Assembly (NCBI RefSeq): GCF_001194135.2 | Contig: NC_068983.1 | Location: forward strand, 12,010,095 to 12,046,152 | DNA length: 36,058 nucleotides | Reading direction: 5' to 3' | Source: Octopus bimaculoides | Taxonomy: Eukaryota | In this document: in pieces, positions 1-11,253 of the stretch | Layout: each line of letters starts with the position of its first letter | Numbering within the stretch: the first letter of the stretch is position 1 | Made by a program: the position numbers and the translations under genes | The notes under the pieces: model-generated | Seen by the model: only the letters and a program-made list of their open reading frames with translations | Database searches by the model: none | What the model was told of the DNA's origin: nothing

Positions 1-168
1 GAAATCCTTCTCCACATCACGGAGGAGGCTTCACAGAAAATTCCTCCAAACATTAGATTGGCAGAGGACCACAAGCTGTATGTGGTGGTAGAGGGCAGGC
101 GACCTCGCTGTTACCTATGCAACAGCGAAGCACATCTGAAAAAGGACTGCCCTCTGGCCGCTAAACAA

Positions 169-203
<35 letters not shown>

Positions 204-378
204 GAAGCAACTACCAAATACCCCCAACAGAAAAACCTTACTACCAACACCACCAGCAACACAAAAAACAACAACAGAAATATCAGCAATAACCACAACA
301 GAAAAGACAACAGAAACTGCAAAAACAGAAGATGTAATCGACTGGCTCCCTTTCAAAAATTTCGGGCCTTGTGCCTAG
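1..378 (+). mobile_element. gag/ORF1-like fragment of a retroelement with CCHC zinc knuckle followed by poly-Q (CAA)n; open from the window edge
   Basis: Frame 1 is open from base 1 (EILLHITEEASQKIPPNIRLAEDHKLYVVVEGRRPRCYLCNSEAHLKKDCP). CX2CX4HX4C knuckle, (CAA)n at ~172-201, Thr/Lys-rich tail. A SINE follows immediately. Confidence 0.6.
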
Positions 379-380
379 AG

Positions 381-583
381 CAGAAAAGAATCGTTAGAAT
401 GCATGACAAAATTGTTTGGCGGTATTTCTTACGTCTTTATGTTCTGAGTTCAATTGTTGCCGAGGTCGACTTTGTCTTTTATCCTTCCGGGTTCGATAAA
501 ATGAATACCATTTGGGAACCGGGTCGATGTAATAAACTAGCCCCTCCTCCAGAAGTTTAGGCAGTGGTGCCTATAGTAGGTAG
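381..583 (+). mobile_element. tRNA-derived SINE family A, decayed copy
   Basis: Contains gccgaggtcgactttgtcttttatccttccgggttcgataaaatgaatacc, matching the core of the copies at 19873 and 35146. Confidence 0.7.
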
Positions 584-853
584 TATGCTCCAAGAGAAAG
601 CATGATTGTCTACACTTTAATATTTCTTTCCGCTCAAATATCGAGCCTATATATATATAGCAATAAGAAAATGGAGGGGACTATGAGGTTCTCATCAACT
701 TGCAGACACTGTATTCTCTTAATTAATCCGTTTATGTCATAACGAAAATGACAATAAAGACAATATACAGAGACTTATGACCTACCATGTCATATCAACA
801 ATTAAGATTTCAATTTTAAAGGACATCTAGCAATTGGAGAAGGGACTATATAT

Positions 854-1103
854 NNNNNNNNNNNNNNNNNNNNNNNNNNNNNNNNNNNNNNNNNNNNNNN
901 NNNNNNNNNNNNNNNNNNNNNNNNNNNNNNNNNNNNNNNNNNNNNNNNNNNNNNNNNNNNNNNNNNNNNNNNNNNNNNNNNNNNNNNNNNNNNNNNNNNN
1001 NNNNNNNNNNNNNNNNNNNNNNNNNNNNNNNNNNNNNNNNNNNNNNNNNNNNNNNNNNNNNNNNNNNNNNNNNNNNNNNNNNNNNNNNNNNNNNNNNNNN
1101 NNN
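854..1103. other. Assembly gap (N run)
   Basis: 250 N flanked by TA and (CA)n. Confidence 1.

Positions 1104-1136
<33 letters not shown>
1104..1136. repeat. (CA)n microsatellite
   Basis: Direct reading. Confidence 0.95.
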
Positions 1137-1137
<1 letters not shown>

Positions 1138-1179
1138 GAGTGACATTCAAAGACGCTCAATCAAAATCTGCGGCTCAAG

Positions 1180-1260
1180 TGCCTCTTGCCCAAAGTGCCA
1201 CGTAATAGGAACCGGGAATCACATGGATGTGGAGCGAACGTTTAAACTCACAGCAATGCT
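1180..1260 (-). mobile_element. SINE family B head fragment, decayed
   Basis: cttgcccaaagtgccacgtaataggaaccgggaatcacatgg is similar to the reverse complement of the family B head. Confidence 0.5.
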
Positions 1261-2442
1261 TCTAGAGCAGCTGGGTGTGATTTGAGGGTAATTTGATTGC
1301 GATTTCTAGTCTCTGTATAGTCGCCCACCTTGAACTAAGAGACTAATATTATTCATGATAGTGATGATGAGTGCAGTCATAAATATGATCCCGGTGAACC
1401 GAGGTTGCAGCCTCGTTTCTATTTCTAGTTATAATCGTCTCTAGTTCACTTGAGATGTTAATGCATATCGGAAAAATGTAAGTGTTACATCTCATTTCCT
1501 TTTCTAAAAGATTTGCAGCTTTGAGCCTATGTTAGGAATCAATCTTTTATATGATAATTAAAGAACATTATTGCTAATTGGTGCGAATAAGAGACGTTCA
1601 GTCGCCCTTAAAATGTTAGAAAGTACTGTTTTAGCTTCAAATCTGAACTACAGATCAAATTCAGTTTACAAAATTAATGAAAATCAAATTACCTTAGAAA
1701 ACAAATATTTCACCAATTTTCAAAGTGTAGACATATTTACTGTAGATTCGCAAGACTGATTTATTGCGGGTTTACAAGGTGTAAGTAGATTTGCCTTCCA
1801 TATTTATAGCGTGCTGATCTGTTTCACTAAATCTGCATATTCAGATTGTGAATGGCTGTTTAAAATGTCGACAGTACAAGATACTACTTCACATATAGCT
1901 GCGTCGTACTTTTCGCCTATTACTGCTACTGTTAATGACTTTGTTTTCTTGTTATTGTTGTTGTTGCAACTTTAACTGTTGCTACCACTGTCGTTGTTGA
2001 AGTTGCCAATGCTGCTCTTCAACGTTTGCCGTTGTTCACGATCGATCTGAGATGTTGAATAAATATCTTGTTTCAAAGTATCTAAACCCCCCCCCAAAAA
2101 AAAAAAACAGATTGTAGACGCGTTGTTGCTGTTGTTTTTGCAGTTGTTTAATCTCCAGCGAGAGTTGATCGAGTAGACCATTTCAGTAATGGAAGTCACT
2201 CCCTTTATTCTTCAGACGTAATATATTTAAAATTCCAGTATCCAGGGTGACACTTCTTTCTAAAGTAGAAGGGTGTAAGCCAAGGGAGACTTGACAATTA
2301 TTTCTATCACGTTGGCCCGTTGGCTCGTTGGATCGCTGTTATATTAATCGCTATGTCGGGCCAAGTGAATAACTAAAGCATAAGCGTTCAGATGTTGGTA
2401 GAAAGTAGAGCTCAGTATTATATATACGTATATATATATACA

Positions 2443-2537
2443 TAGACGCAGAAGTGGCTATGTGGTAAGTAGCTTGCTTACCAACCACATGGTTCCGTGT
2501 TCAGTCCCACTGCGTGGCACTTGGGCAAGTGTCTGCT
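2443..2537 (+). mobile_element. SINE family B head (tRNA-like region plus ggcacttgggcaagtg motif), truncated
   Basis: gtggctatgtggtaagtagcttgcttaccaaccacatggttccgtgttcagtcccactgcgtggcac, near-identical to 23781 and 30501. Confidence 0.85.
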
Positions 2538-2589
2538 TTTAGTTATTAAATTCTTCCACTCAGCACGGCAACGGACATCTATGATATAT

Positions 2590-3650
2590 ATACTTCTTCT
2601 TGTCTGTCCTAAACAACAATATCTGGATACACTTGACAGATGTTTTGATGGGAATGTTCCGCCAGTATTCCTTTTGTTTGTGTACGCATTTAATAATAAG
2701 ATAGAGGTAGGGGGTCCTTGTATTTATTCTAGGACTGACTTTTTCTAGATGGCGTTGCATATTGTTTCGTGATAACGTCATGTCTCATAGGGAGGTAGTA
2801 CTTTGATGACATTTTTGGGCAGCTGCTAGTCCCATGTGCAGTGTTTTCCACAGAAATATGACATATTCTACATTTTCGGTTGGATCTTGGAACTCCAAAG
2901 ACTTCAGTGTCTCTTTTGTTTATTTGGTATTTACTAGCAATTTTTTTATTCTTGGATTGCAAGCGCATAGTCTTCGATGTGTGATGTGATGTAGTGGTCA
3001 CAAGTCCAAAAAAAAAAAGAAAGAAAAAGGCTTCGCTCCTTGTTAGTATTACTGTGTTCTTCGAATCCTCGGGAAACACACCTATGTATGGTCTATTTTT
3101 GGTATGCTGAGCGTTTCACATCCATGTTTTCTTTGAAGCATGTTAATCCCGCTGTTTTGGGATTGCATGGGAAGCCATGAGAGATAGAGCGTAAGAGAGA
3201 GAGAATGTGATAGAGAGCGAGAGAGAGACAAAGAGAGAGGGAGAGAGAGGAAACGACAGAGCAGCCGATACGTAGGATATTGTTGTCTTGACTTTTCAGC
3301 TCTAAGTGAATGTACTTATTTTTGCTGATGTTGTTTAAGAGGTGTTGTTTAAAACTGCACGATATTCGAAGGCTGTCTGCACCGATTTCAAACCTCTGCA
3401 TCGTTTTTTCTTCTTAGGTAGAATCTCTCGATATCACTATTCCTGCGGAGATTTCCACTTGGTGTCAGTATCTTGTAGATTTTAACGTCTATAGGTGGAA
3501 TTCTACAGACCGGTCAAGAAACCCAAATGCTGGAATAAACCGATACTGGAAACGCATTGTGGATACTGTCTTCCTATAAGAGGAGAGTTGCGACTGCTGT
3601 ATTTTCTAAGTGTGACAATATTCTCGAGTCACTCCATTTACAGTACTTTT
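2590..3650 (-). mobile_element. Decayed RLE-type non-LTR retrotransposon (R4/Dong-like), from late RT/thumb region to CCHC knuckle and start of the restriction-like endonuclease
   Basis: Manual translation across frameshifts gives HNAF..PAFG.LD, IDVKIYKIL, NSDIERFYL.RK..RGLKSVQTAFEYR, TSHIEDYALAIQE, KCRICHISVENTAHGTSSCPKMSSKYYLPMRHD (CX2CX7HX4C then RHD) and EYWRNIPIKTS. Interrupted by a (GA)n tract at ~3180-3250. Clade assignment is from recalled motifs. Confidence 0.75.
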
Positions 3651-3704
3651 ATATATGTTTTCATGTATGTATATACCACTCTATTCTTCTTTTCTTTCTT
3701 GCCT

Positions 3705-4060
3705 TTAACCCTCCAACGCGGAGTATAGGCTACTTATAATTGAATTCCATGTCGCATAATTTTTCGCTTCTGTACTTATACTCTGCCATGAATGTCCCCC
3801 TTTCTCTACTTCCTTTTGTGTTGATCTACGCCACGAGTTCTTAGGCCTACCTTTCTTTCTATATCCATCCGGATTCCACTGTAAAGCACTTTTCGCAACA
3901 TTTGGTGTGTCCTTTCTAATTGTGCTACCAATCCACTTCCTCTTTTTCTTAAATATTTGCTCCCTAATCGAAACTTGATTCGTTCTTTGCCATAACTCCA
4001 TAGTGCTTATGTGTTCGGGCCATTTTAAGTATATTACGCAAGCAGTACTCTATTCTTAGA
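3705..4060 (-). mobile_element. RTE-clade LINE 3' end (post-RT C-terminal domain)
   Basis: CLRNILK then, after a frameshift, ELWQRTNQ..I..QI.KKKRKWIGSTIRK....VAKSALQWNPDGYRKKGRPKNSWRR: the typical RTE C-terminal W.G..R / W.P.G.R.+GRP..W signature. Confidence 0.85.
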
Positions 4061-4494
4061 GCTAGTTAAACTTATAAAATTGAAACATGAAATAATTACA
4101 GATTGCGCATTAAAGTCAAGGTTTTGAAAGAAATACATACACACAACCATAATATTGTGAAGTATTATTGATACTTAAACTTTGTGAAATAAATGATGTA
4201 TTTCCGGAAATTTAAGAAACTATCAGCCCAAATACTTGAATGACACATCTGACGAAATACAAAGTTCACTGCTCCGAGATCTACCAGCGCAAGTCAGTCA
4301 ACGTTGTTGACTGTATTTTTAATAAAGCCATCGCTTTATAAGATCTGTTCAGAGTTACCTCTCTTACGCACTTCCCATTGATAAACGCCAACGAGCTAGA
4401 AACATCGATGTCTGGGAATCCTGATAGACAGCAACACTGAACAGATAGGTTTTTTTTTCCATACCTTTAATACCTTTCTACGATAAGATAACGT

Positions 4495-4531
<37 letters not shown>

Positions 4532-5232
4532 NNNNNNNNNNNNNNNNNNNNNNNNNNNNNNNNNNNNNNNNNNNNNNNNNNNNNNNNNNNNNNNNNNNNN
4601 NNNNNNNNNNNNNNNNNNNNNNNNNNNNNNNNNNNNNNNNNNNNNNNNNNNNNNNNNNNNNNNNNNNNNNNNNNNNNNNNNNNNNNNNNNNNNNNNNNNN
4701 NNNNNNNNNNNNNNNNNNNNNNNNNNNNNNNNNNNNNNNNNNNNNNNNNNNNNNNNNNNNNNNNNNNNNNNNNNNNNNNNNNNNNNNNNNNNNNNNNNNN
4801 NNNNNNNNNNNNNNNNNNNNNNNNNNNNNNNNNNNNNNNNNNNNNNNNNNNNNNNNNNNNNNNNNNNNNNNNNNNNNNNNNNNNNNNNNNNNNNNNNNNN
4901 NNNNNNNNNNNNNNNNNNNNNNNNNNNNNNNNNNNNNNNNNNNNNNNNNNNNNNNNNNNNNNNNNNNNNNNNNNNNNNNNNNNNNNNNNNNNNNNNNNNN
5001 NNNNNNNNNNNNNNNNNNNNNNNNNNNNNNNNNNNNNNNNNNNNNNNNNNNNNNNNNNNNNNNNNNNNNNNNNNNNNNNNNNNNNNNNNNNNNNNNNNNN
5101 NNNNNNNNNNNNNNNNNNNNNNNNNNNNNNNNNNNNNNNNNNNNNNNNNNNNNNNNNNNNNNNNNNNNNNNNNNNNNNNNNNNNNNNNNNNNNNNNNNNN
5201 NNNNNNNNNNNNNNNNNNNNNNNNNNNNNNNN
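4532..5232. other. Assembly gap (N run)
   Basis: 701 N flanked by (TA)n and (ACT)n. Confidence 1.
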
Positions 5233-5267
<35 letters not shown>

Positions 5268-5289
5268 AACTACTACTACTACTACTACA

Positions 5290-5378
<89 letters not shown>

Positions 5379-5385
5379 TAGTAGT
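5233..5385. repeat. (ACT)n directly joined to its reverse complement (AGT)n
   Basis: actact...ctactact at 5233-5340, then agtagtagt... at 5341-5385. Confidence 0.95.
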
Positions 5386-5560
5386 TTATTAATCACGGGT
5401 TGGTATACGGCTCGAGGTGGGCAGAGCGATCGCATAAAGAAAAGAGATAGCAAACATAAAAACGAGAAATGTAAAACAAAGAAAGATTCTCGCAAAGTGG
5501 GGAGGCATACGAGGATTACTCGAAGAAGCCCCACAAAAATCTCGGTCCCCTGACCACTAG
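5386..5560 (-). mobile_element. Possible 3' UTR/end of a non-LTR element terminating in AATAAA plus a (CTA)n tail
   Basis: Minus strand reads pyrimidine-rich tract ...ccaacccgtgattaataaactactac...; no coding motif recognised. Confidence 0.25.
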
Positions 5561-5736
5561 GGCAAGAAATAGTTAAAACCGGTGCTATTTACATTTGGCA
5601 TGACAACAATAATAAAAAAATTAAGACAGAACTAATGTCAGTTTGTAGACAGTATGAAAATGTCGCTCTCTCATTCGTGACAACATAGAAATCATGGGTC
5701 ATGACACATCCTATTATAAATTCGTTTCAAAACTTT

Positions 5737-5948
5737 AGCACAAGGGCTATAATTTCAGGAAAGAAGCGAGTAAGTCGATTAGATCGATCCCAGTACTTCA
5801 CTGGTACTTATTTTATCGACCCCGAAAGAATGAAAACGTAAAGTCAACCTCAGAGGAATCTGAACTCTGAAAATAAAGACAGACGAAATGCCGCTAAGCA
5901 TTTTGTTCAGCGTTACCGCTCGCTAACAACTCTACCAGCATGCCGCCC
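5737..5948 (-). mobile_element. SINE family A, decayed copy
   Basis: ctggtacttattttatcgaccccgaaagaatgaaa...aaagtcaacctc...gaaatgccgctaagcatttt is the reverse complement of the family A core and head. Confidence 0.8.
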
Positions 5949-6654
5949 TCATCTTGTGATAACATAACATTTTATCCTTTGCTCAACAACTAATACAAAG
6001 TCTAGTATCCAAATCTTGGTTGCTATAATCGCAACCTTTCGGCCATTTTTACCCCAGCTGTTTACAGATGCCTCTTTTATTCTGTTGTTATTTAATACAG
6101 GTTACGTGACTATGTAGTGGCTTCCTTATGGGGTTATGTATTGTTAGGAGAAAGCTGTACAGAATCTATTTATGACTCAGCTACATGATAGCAATTGTCT
6201 TGCGTGTTATATTCATTCACCAACATAAAAGACGTGAGGATTCTTGGTTTTAAGAAGGTCAACATAAAATATATTCAATGATTTTTACAACAATAACATA
6301 GGAGCTGGGAAACTTGTTTCGACTGACACTACGACGTAATAGATATATTTATTACTTTAGAGAGAATAATTCTGAAAGACAAGACAGAAATAATAGTGTT
6401 GTATGGTTTTACAACATTATTCTTGAAGTGTAATCGCTTGATTTCTGTTTCTTATATCTGGCCATAATAAACAACTGTTTTGTTTTTTAAGAACAATTTA
6501 TCATGTCTTTCAGACATAAATTTTTTATGAGCGTTATCTTTGGAGTACATTGAACTGGTTGGGAAAACTGATTATTATATAAAATACAATATTAATGACA
6601 ACTATAAAAGTTTAAAGTGCTAGGACCAGAAATAAATATATGCTGCGTCAAAAC

Positions 6655-6768
6655 ATATGTATGTATGTATGTAAGTATGTATGTATGTATGTATGTATGT
6701 ATGTATGTATGTATGTATGTATGTATGTATGAATGTATGCATGCATGTGTGTATGTATNNNNNNNNNN

Positions 6769-6826
<58 letters not shown>

Positions 6827-6966
6827 GTATATATATATACATTTACACATGCATGTACATAAACACACACACACATACACATGCACACGCATATATCCAT
6901 ATACACAGAAACCCTCCTCACATACATTTACATGAATATTACAAGCGAGAACGTGAGTGAGGGTTC

Positions 6967-6997
<31 letters not shown>

Positions 6998-7025
6998 TGT
7001 ATGTATGTATGTATGTATGTATGAT
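6655..7025. repeat. Compound (ATGT)n / (CA)n / (TA)n microsatellite cluster with a 10-N gap
   Basis: Direct reading. Confidence 0.9.
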
Positions 7026-8310
7026 TGTATATGTATATAAGTTTGCACCAGACCTTCTCAACTTTAAGGAGGAAAACCTATTTCAGAACTATTTACACTT
7101 AATCTACAATCTCGTGTTTGCATCCTCCAGAGATCAATATTATTCTCGAGATAAAATGTCAATTTCTCTGAATTGTGCTAATTACGATGTCAGAAGCAAT
7201 AATGGATGGAAATATTTCACCAACAGCTGACATCGTTCTATTATAAAACCTCATTAACGACCCGTGTTGCGGAGCAACGTTACACCAGAACTTTCCAGTG
7301 AGTCGACTACTCACATATAATGCCATTCCTTCCTGACAGACTCGAGTTGTTAAGAAACTAAAGACAATATAAATAGCTATTATCTCCATCTTGTAAGGAA
7401 TCAATAGTGATATATCCTTTTAATTCGTTTCTGAGAGTTCTTCTATGAGGATGTTTAATTTTAAAGAAGCATTCATTTTAGGATAAACAATGGTTTTCTA
7501 GTTCCAGTGATAAGATGTCAAATATAAATTAGCCACTTACTGAATCGATACACACAAATGTGAGTGGGACTTTATCCATTTGTTCGTGGAAAATTCTCTA
7601 ATTTCATTTTCTCTAATTGAACTGAAATGCTTTTGTTTTTATCAACATATTCAGTAATTTCACCTTTCTAACTTTTCATGTAATCGAAATATTTCTTTAT
7701 TTTTCGTTACATCTGAAAATCTGAAAGTATTCCGAATGGTGTGGTGTACTCAGAGTTTGTTGTATTTCTAATTTGAATTTGTGATATACGAGCTTATGAC
7801 GGAGACTTTACGTCCCCAATCGTACTGCGAAACATAACAGCTAAATTGCCATTATATTATAGTCGACTGTTTTAAAAGTAAGAACACATTTGATAATGTA
7901 ATCTTAGATACACTCAAAAAAATTACACGGGATAATCATAGCTAGGTCGCCTTTGAAGGTCCTGTCCATCAGAGACGATATTGAGCTAAACAACAATATC
8001 AAGGCTTGTAAATTATCGTTGATATTATGCATAATTTGTATAATGCATGAATTGCTTGATTCTTTGAGTGTCGATATCTTTGTGTTCTGTCATTGAATTT
8101 ATTCAATTCAATAACAAGACATCATAAGTTCAGTACAACATGCAGTACTAAATAGAGGGGCGCAGTTCAGTACAATATAGCGTGTCGTTAATCCAACGGG
8201 CTTCTTTCAGTTTCTGTCAACCAAATCCACTCACAGGACTTTGGTAAGGAGATGTATTGGGGCTAAACTTCCGTAAGAAAAATGTTATTTTCGCATATAC
8301 ACACACACTC

Positions 8311-10060
8311 AGGCACGTTTAGAATAGTCTTGTTCTCTTTGGCATCCTGGTTAGCTTTTCAAATCGAAAAACAATACTCAACACATCCAAGGACCCCAGG
8401 GATTCCGGCCTTTTGAACAGATTCATCAACATATCCATTACTCTGTAGATATGCCACTGTTCTCCTCGAGAGAATTCTCATAAAGATCTTGTCTTCCACA
8501 TTCAATCAGGATTTCGGCCTAAACTGTTTTATAGTCTCTGCATTGACCTCCTTCGGCAGGTATATGCCTTCTGCCTTACACCAATCTTCTACTAGAGTCG
8601 CCTCGAGCCACAACTGTCAGAGTTGAACAAAGAGCTTCTTTCGTAGACGATTGCAATATTTATACGAGACACCATCACCTCCTGGGGTACACATTGCTCT
8701 AACTTTTCTCCCGAAATCATTCACCCCTTTCTTCCCGATGTCCCCAACTTGAAATTCGATATCAGGGTCTAAGAGATGATTTAGCCCATTTATAGTTGGC
8801 AGTGGCTGGTCACGGTTTGAATCGCTCTACGTTTCTTTGATATGAACATCCAATTCTTCTTTTGTGCACGATAAAGCGCCACTCTTCGGCTCAGTGAACA
8901 ACTACTTAATAACCCCGTACGGGTCCTTCAGAAAGTGTTCACGAGTCAGTTTACTTTGCTTTCTTCGCTTGTATCGGCGGATATGTCGTTGCACATAACG
9001 GCATTTACGTTTTTAAATCTTCGTACAGCTGTGTGAGGCCAGGTTTTTCTTCTTCCTCAGCACATTTCCATTAGGCTGTTCTTTTCCTTCTTCAGCTGTT
9101 TCATTTTCCTGATCCTTCTTGCTCCACACTTTCCTTTCGCTAATCGGATACCATCTTTCACTCCAAATAACTCCTTTCCTGTATCATATATTAAGCTTGT
9201 TAACTTTCTCAGTTTCTTCACTGTAGATCCTGTCATTTTATAAAGAGCTTGACACATCTTGTTCTCAAACTCTTTATATCTTCCTTTCTCATTAGCAGCA
9301 GGACACAGAACCCTCGGTTTCCTCCGAGGACTATCTAATGCACCAGTCCCATAATCCGCAGTTTCCTGTCGGGAAGAGATTTTGTTGTAGCATTTATCGA
9401 TCCGCTGTGGTTTGAGTCCGGGGATGATTTGCCACGTGTTTTACGATCAGATAATCCACACTGATCTGTCCTCTTCTTACAAGTCTTTCCCTGATGAATC
9501 TTCAAGCCTCTCTCGGTTGCAAAGGTCCTACAGCACAGCTTGCATCCAAAGTTGTTTGTACTACGTTCGCTGTTCGAAGGAATAACCGTATTCATGTCCC
9601 AGGCCATTTCCGTGTTAATGGGGTTTGATTGATTCTCGATCCCTCACTCTCGGTCAATCATAGGGCCGTCATTCTCATTGATAGTTGTTACAACATGTTG
9701 CAGAGGCGAGGATTGTAAGTCCGCAGCCTCCGCCAGTCTTTCCTGGTGTCGATAGTCTTTCCCATTGTAAACTCGTCTTTCCGAGCAGTCCTCTTGTCTT
9801 TCCAAGATGCCTTAACCGTCTTTGCGGTTTGTCAGTGGTTACCTACAACAAGGTCTTAGACGTTTTGCAAACAACTTGCACATGCAAGCGCTACCAGCCG
9901 AAAGCTCCGCATACCGGAAGCTAGCAAGTGTTTCGGGGCCTGCTTCTCGACGGCATCATTGCGCACCCGCCCGCCTCTCTGACATGAGACCCCACTTGCT
10001 AGATCAACTGGTTATCAAATATAGCTCAATATTCTTCTGGCTATCGCTCATCGTCTCTTT
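8311..10060 (-). mobile_element. 5' half of an RLE-type non-LTR retrotransposon (HERO/NeSL/R2 group): GC-rich 5' region, N-terminal zinc finger and start of the RT; decayed and missing the 3' half
   Basis: ORF 9335-9607 contains CKLCCRTFATERGLKIHQGKTC. Downstream manual translation gives WCKAEGIYLPKE....IKQFRPKS*LNVEDKIFMRILSRR..AYLQSNGYVDESVQKAGIPGVLGCVEY (FRPISLLNVEGKIF / SVQKAGIPG-type RT motifs). Stops and frameshifts present; homology ends at ~8311, before the catalytic YxDD. The 5' boundary is approximate. Confidence 0.85.
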
Positions 10061-10436
10061 TTAATTAAACGCATTCAACCAAATGCATTTAAGATCAGAT
10101 ATAACCAGTACGAACATTCGTTTAAGTTCAGAGATAAAGCAGAAGGCACTTTATCATAGATATCATTTGAGGCTTAATCATAAGGAGTTATCTCCCAGTG
10201 TCAACAACTTCCAGCAAATCATCTTACAACCTTTCACCTGAATCTTATTGACCGAAGGAAATCGATTTGATTGTTGTTCTCTATTGCAACACATCAAACA
10301 CCGCTTTTAATCCCTGGAGAAATGCACCTGGCAACAAACTTTGACTCACGGTGGAACTAATCATCAGCGTTTTCAAAATAAATAAACACTCTTGTATGCA
10401 TTGAGTGTTTATTCTCTCCTCTTTGTCTCTAACTTC

Positions 10437-10472
<36 letters not shown>

Positions 10473-10533
10473 ATGGACTTCTGTGTAATACATTTACATT
10501 TGACGGATATTTGTCTTCATCGTGTTTGTTGTT

Positions 10534-10579
10534 AACACAACGTTTCGGCTGATATACCCTCCAGCCTTCATCAGGTGTC
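10534..10579 (-). ncRNA. Minimal type I hammerhead ribozyme (Penelope/retrozyme-like)
   Basis: Minus strand GACAC-CUGAUGA-A-GGCUG-gagggtatat-CAGCC-GAAA-CG-UU-GUGUU: 5-bp stem I, intact core, 5-bp stem II, palindromic AACGUU minimal stem III. Predicted cleavage after GUU, between 10539 and 10538. Confidence 0.8.
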
Positions 10580-10626
10580 TTGGGGAAATTTCGAACCTGG
10601 GTTCTCATTCCTATGGTATTTTTCGA

Positions 10627-10628
<2 letters not shown>

Positions 10629-10690
<62 letters not shown>
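10629..10690. repeat. (TTA)n microsatellite internal to the hammerhead-bearing SINE
   Basis: Direct reading. Confidence 0.95.
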
Positions 10691-10692
<2 letters not shown>

Positions 10693-10814
10693 GGTCACCG
10701 CCTGGAATCAAACTCAGAATCTTGGGGTTTAGTAGCCCGCGCTCTTAACCACTACGCCATATGCCCTTCTAAATTGTTCACTCGAAACTAACTCATCATC
10801 TGAGAGTTAAGGTA

Positions 10815-10900
10815 GGAAACACCTGTCCAAGATGCTCGTAGTGTAATTGAACCAGGAACCATGTGGTTGCAAAACAAATTCTTAACCACACAACGATGTC
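10815..10900 (-). mobile_element. SINE family B head fragment, decayed
   Basis: acacctgtccaagatgctcgtagtgtaattgaaccaggaaccatgtggttgcaaaac...cttaaccacac. Confidence 0.55.
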
Positions 10901-11253
10901 TGTATCCATCGATCACCTTTCTTTTATTACATTCGTTAATACACCAACACATAAATTACTGCGATACCTAAAGTTATATGAGGTCCTTGCTAAAGAAATT
11001 AAGCACTATTGAAAATAGTAAAAAAGACAAACAAAAGTAAAACAAACAGGCAAGGTTAAAACAGAATCCCTAAACTGCTAATAACTGGGAAATGCGAATA
11101 CTAAAACCATGGATCCCATTATCTCCTCCAAGATAAAATATTTTAAAATATTTGTGGTAGCATTGACAATTTCAGATAATTGCTAAATATTTATCAATTT
11201 TGTGCCACCCAAGGCATGCGAACTAAGCTAAATTTGAGAACTCTATGCATGTA

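Larger units (their letters stand above)
10471..10766 (-). mobile_element. tRNA-headed SINE-like element with internal (AAT)n tract and a 3' hammerhead ribozyme
   Basis: Minus strand: A box TGGCGTAGTGG (10759-10749), B-box-like GAGTTTGATTCC (10715-10704), (AAT)n 10690-10629, unique body, hammerhead 10579-10534, short tail abutting (TG)n. Confidence 0.75.

Noticed and set aside
9485-9510. ctgatga on the plus strand
   Set aside because: Antisense to the zinc-finger ORF (HQG codons) with no hammerhead stems; chance match.
9921-10002. Type III hammerhead interpretation of the HERO-like leader (GAAA followed by a 10-bp stem)
   Set aside because: No CUGANGA and no U at position 16.1; kept only as a generic structured-leader candidate.
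2590-10060. Idea that the RLE 3' fragment (2590-3650) and the 5' fragment (8311-10060) are one split element
   Set aside because: Their motifs point to different clades (R4/Dong-like vs HERO-like, by recall), about 4.6 kb of unrelated sequence separates them, and the central RT is absent.
10320-10375. CUGAUGA on the minus strand (10367-10361) just downstream of the hammerhead SINE
   Set aside because: Followed by CAAA rather than GAAA, and stem II does not pair convincingly.
10692-10766. SINE heads (also at 16552, 19873, 23781) as functional tRNA genes
   Set aside because: They run into SINE bodies, lack proper acceptor stems, and recur as dispersed repeats.
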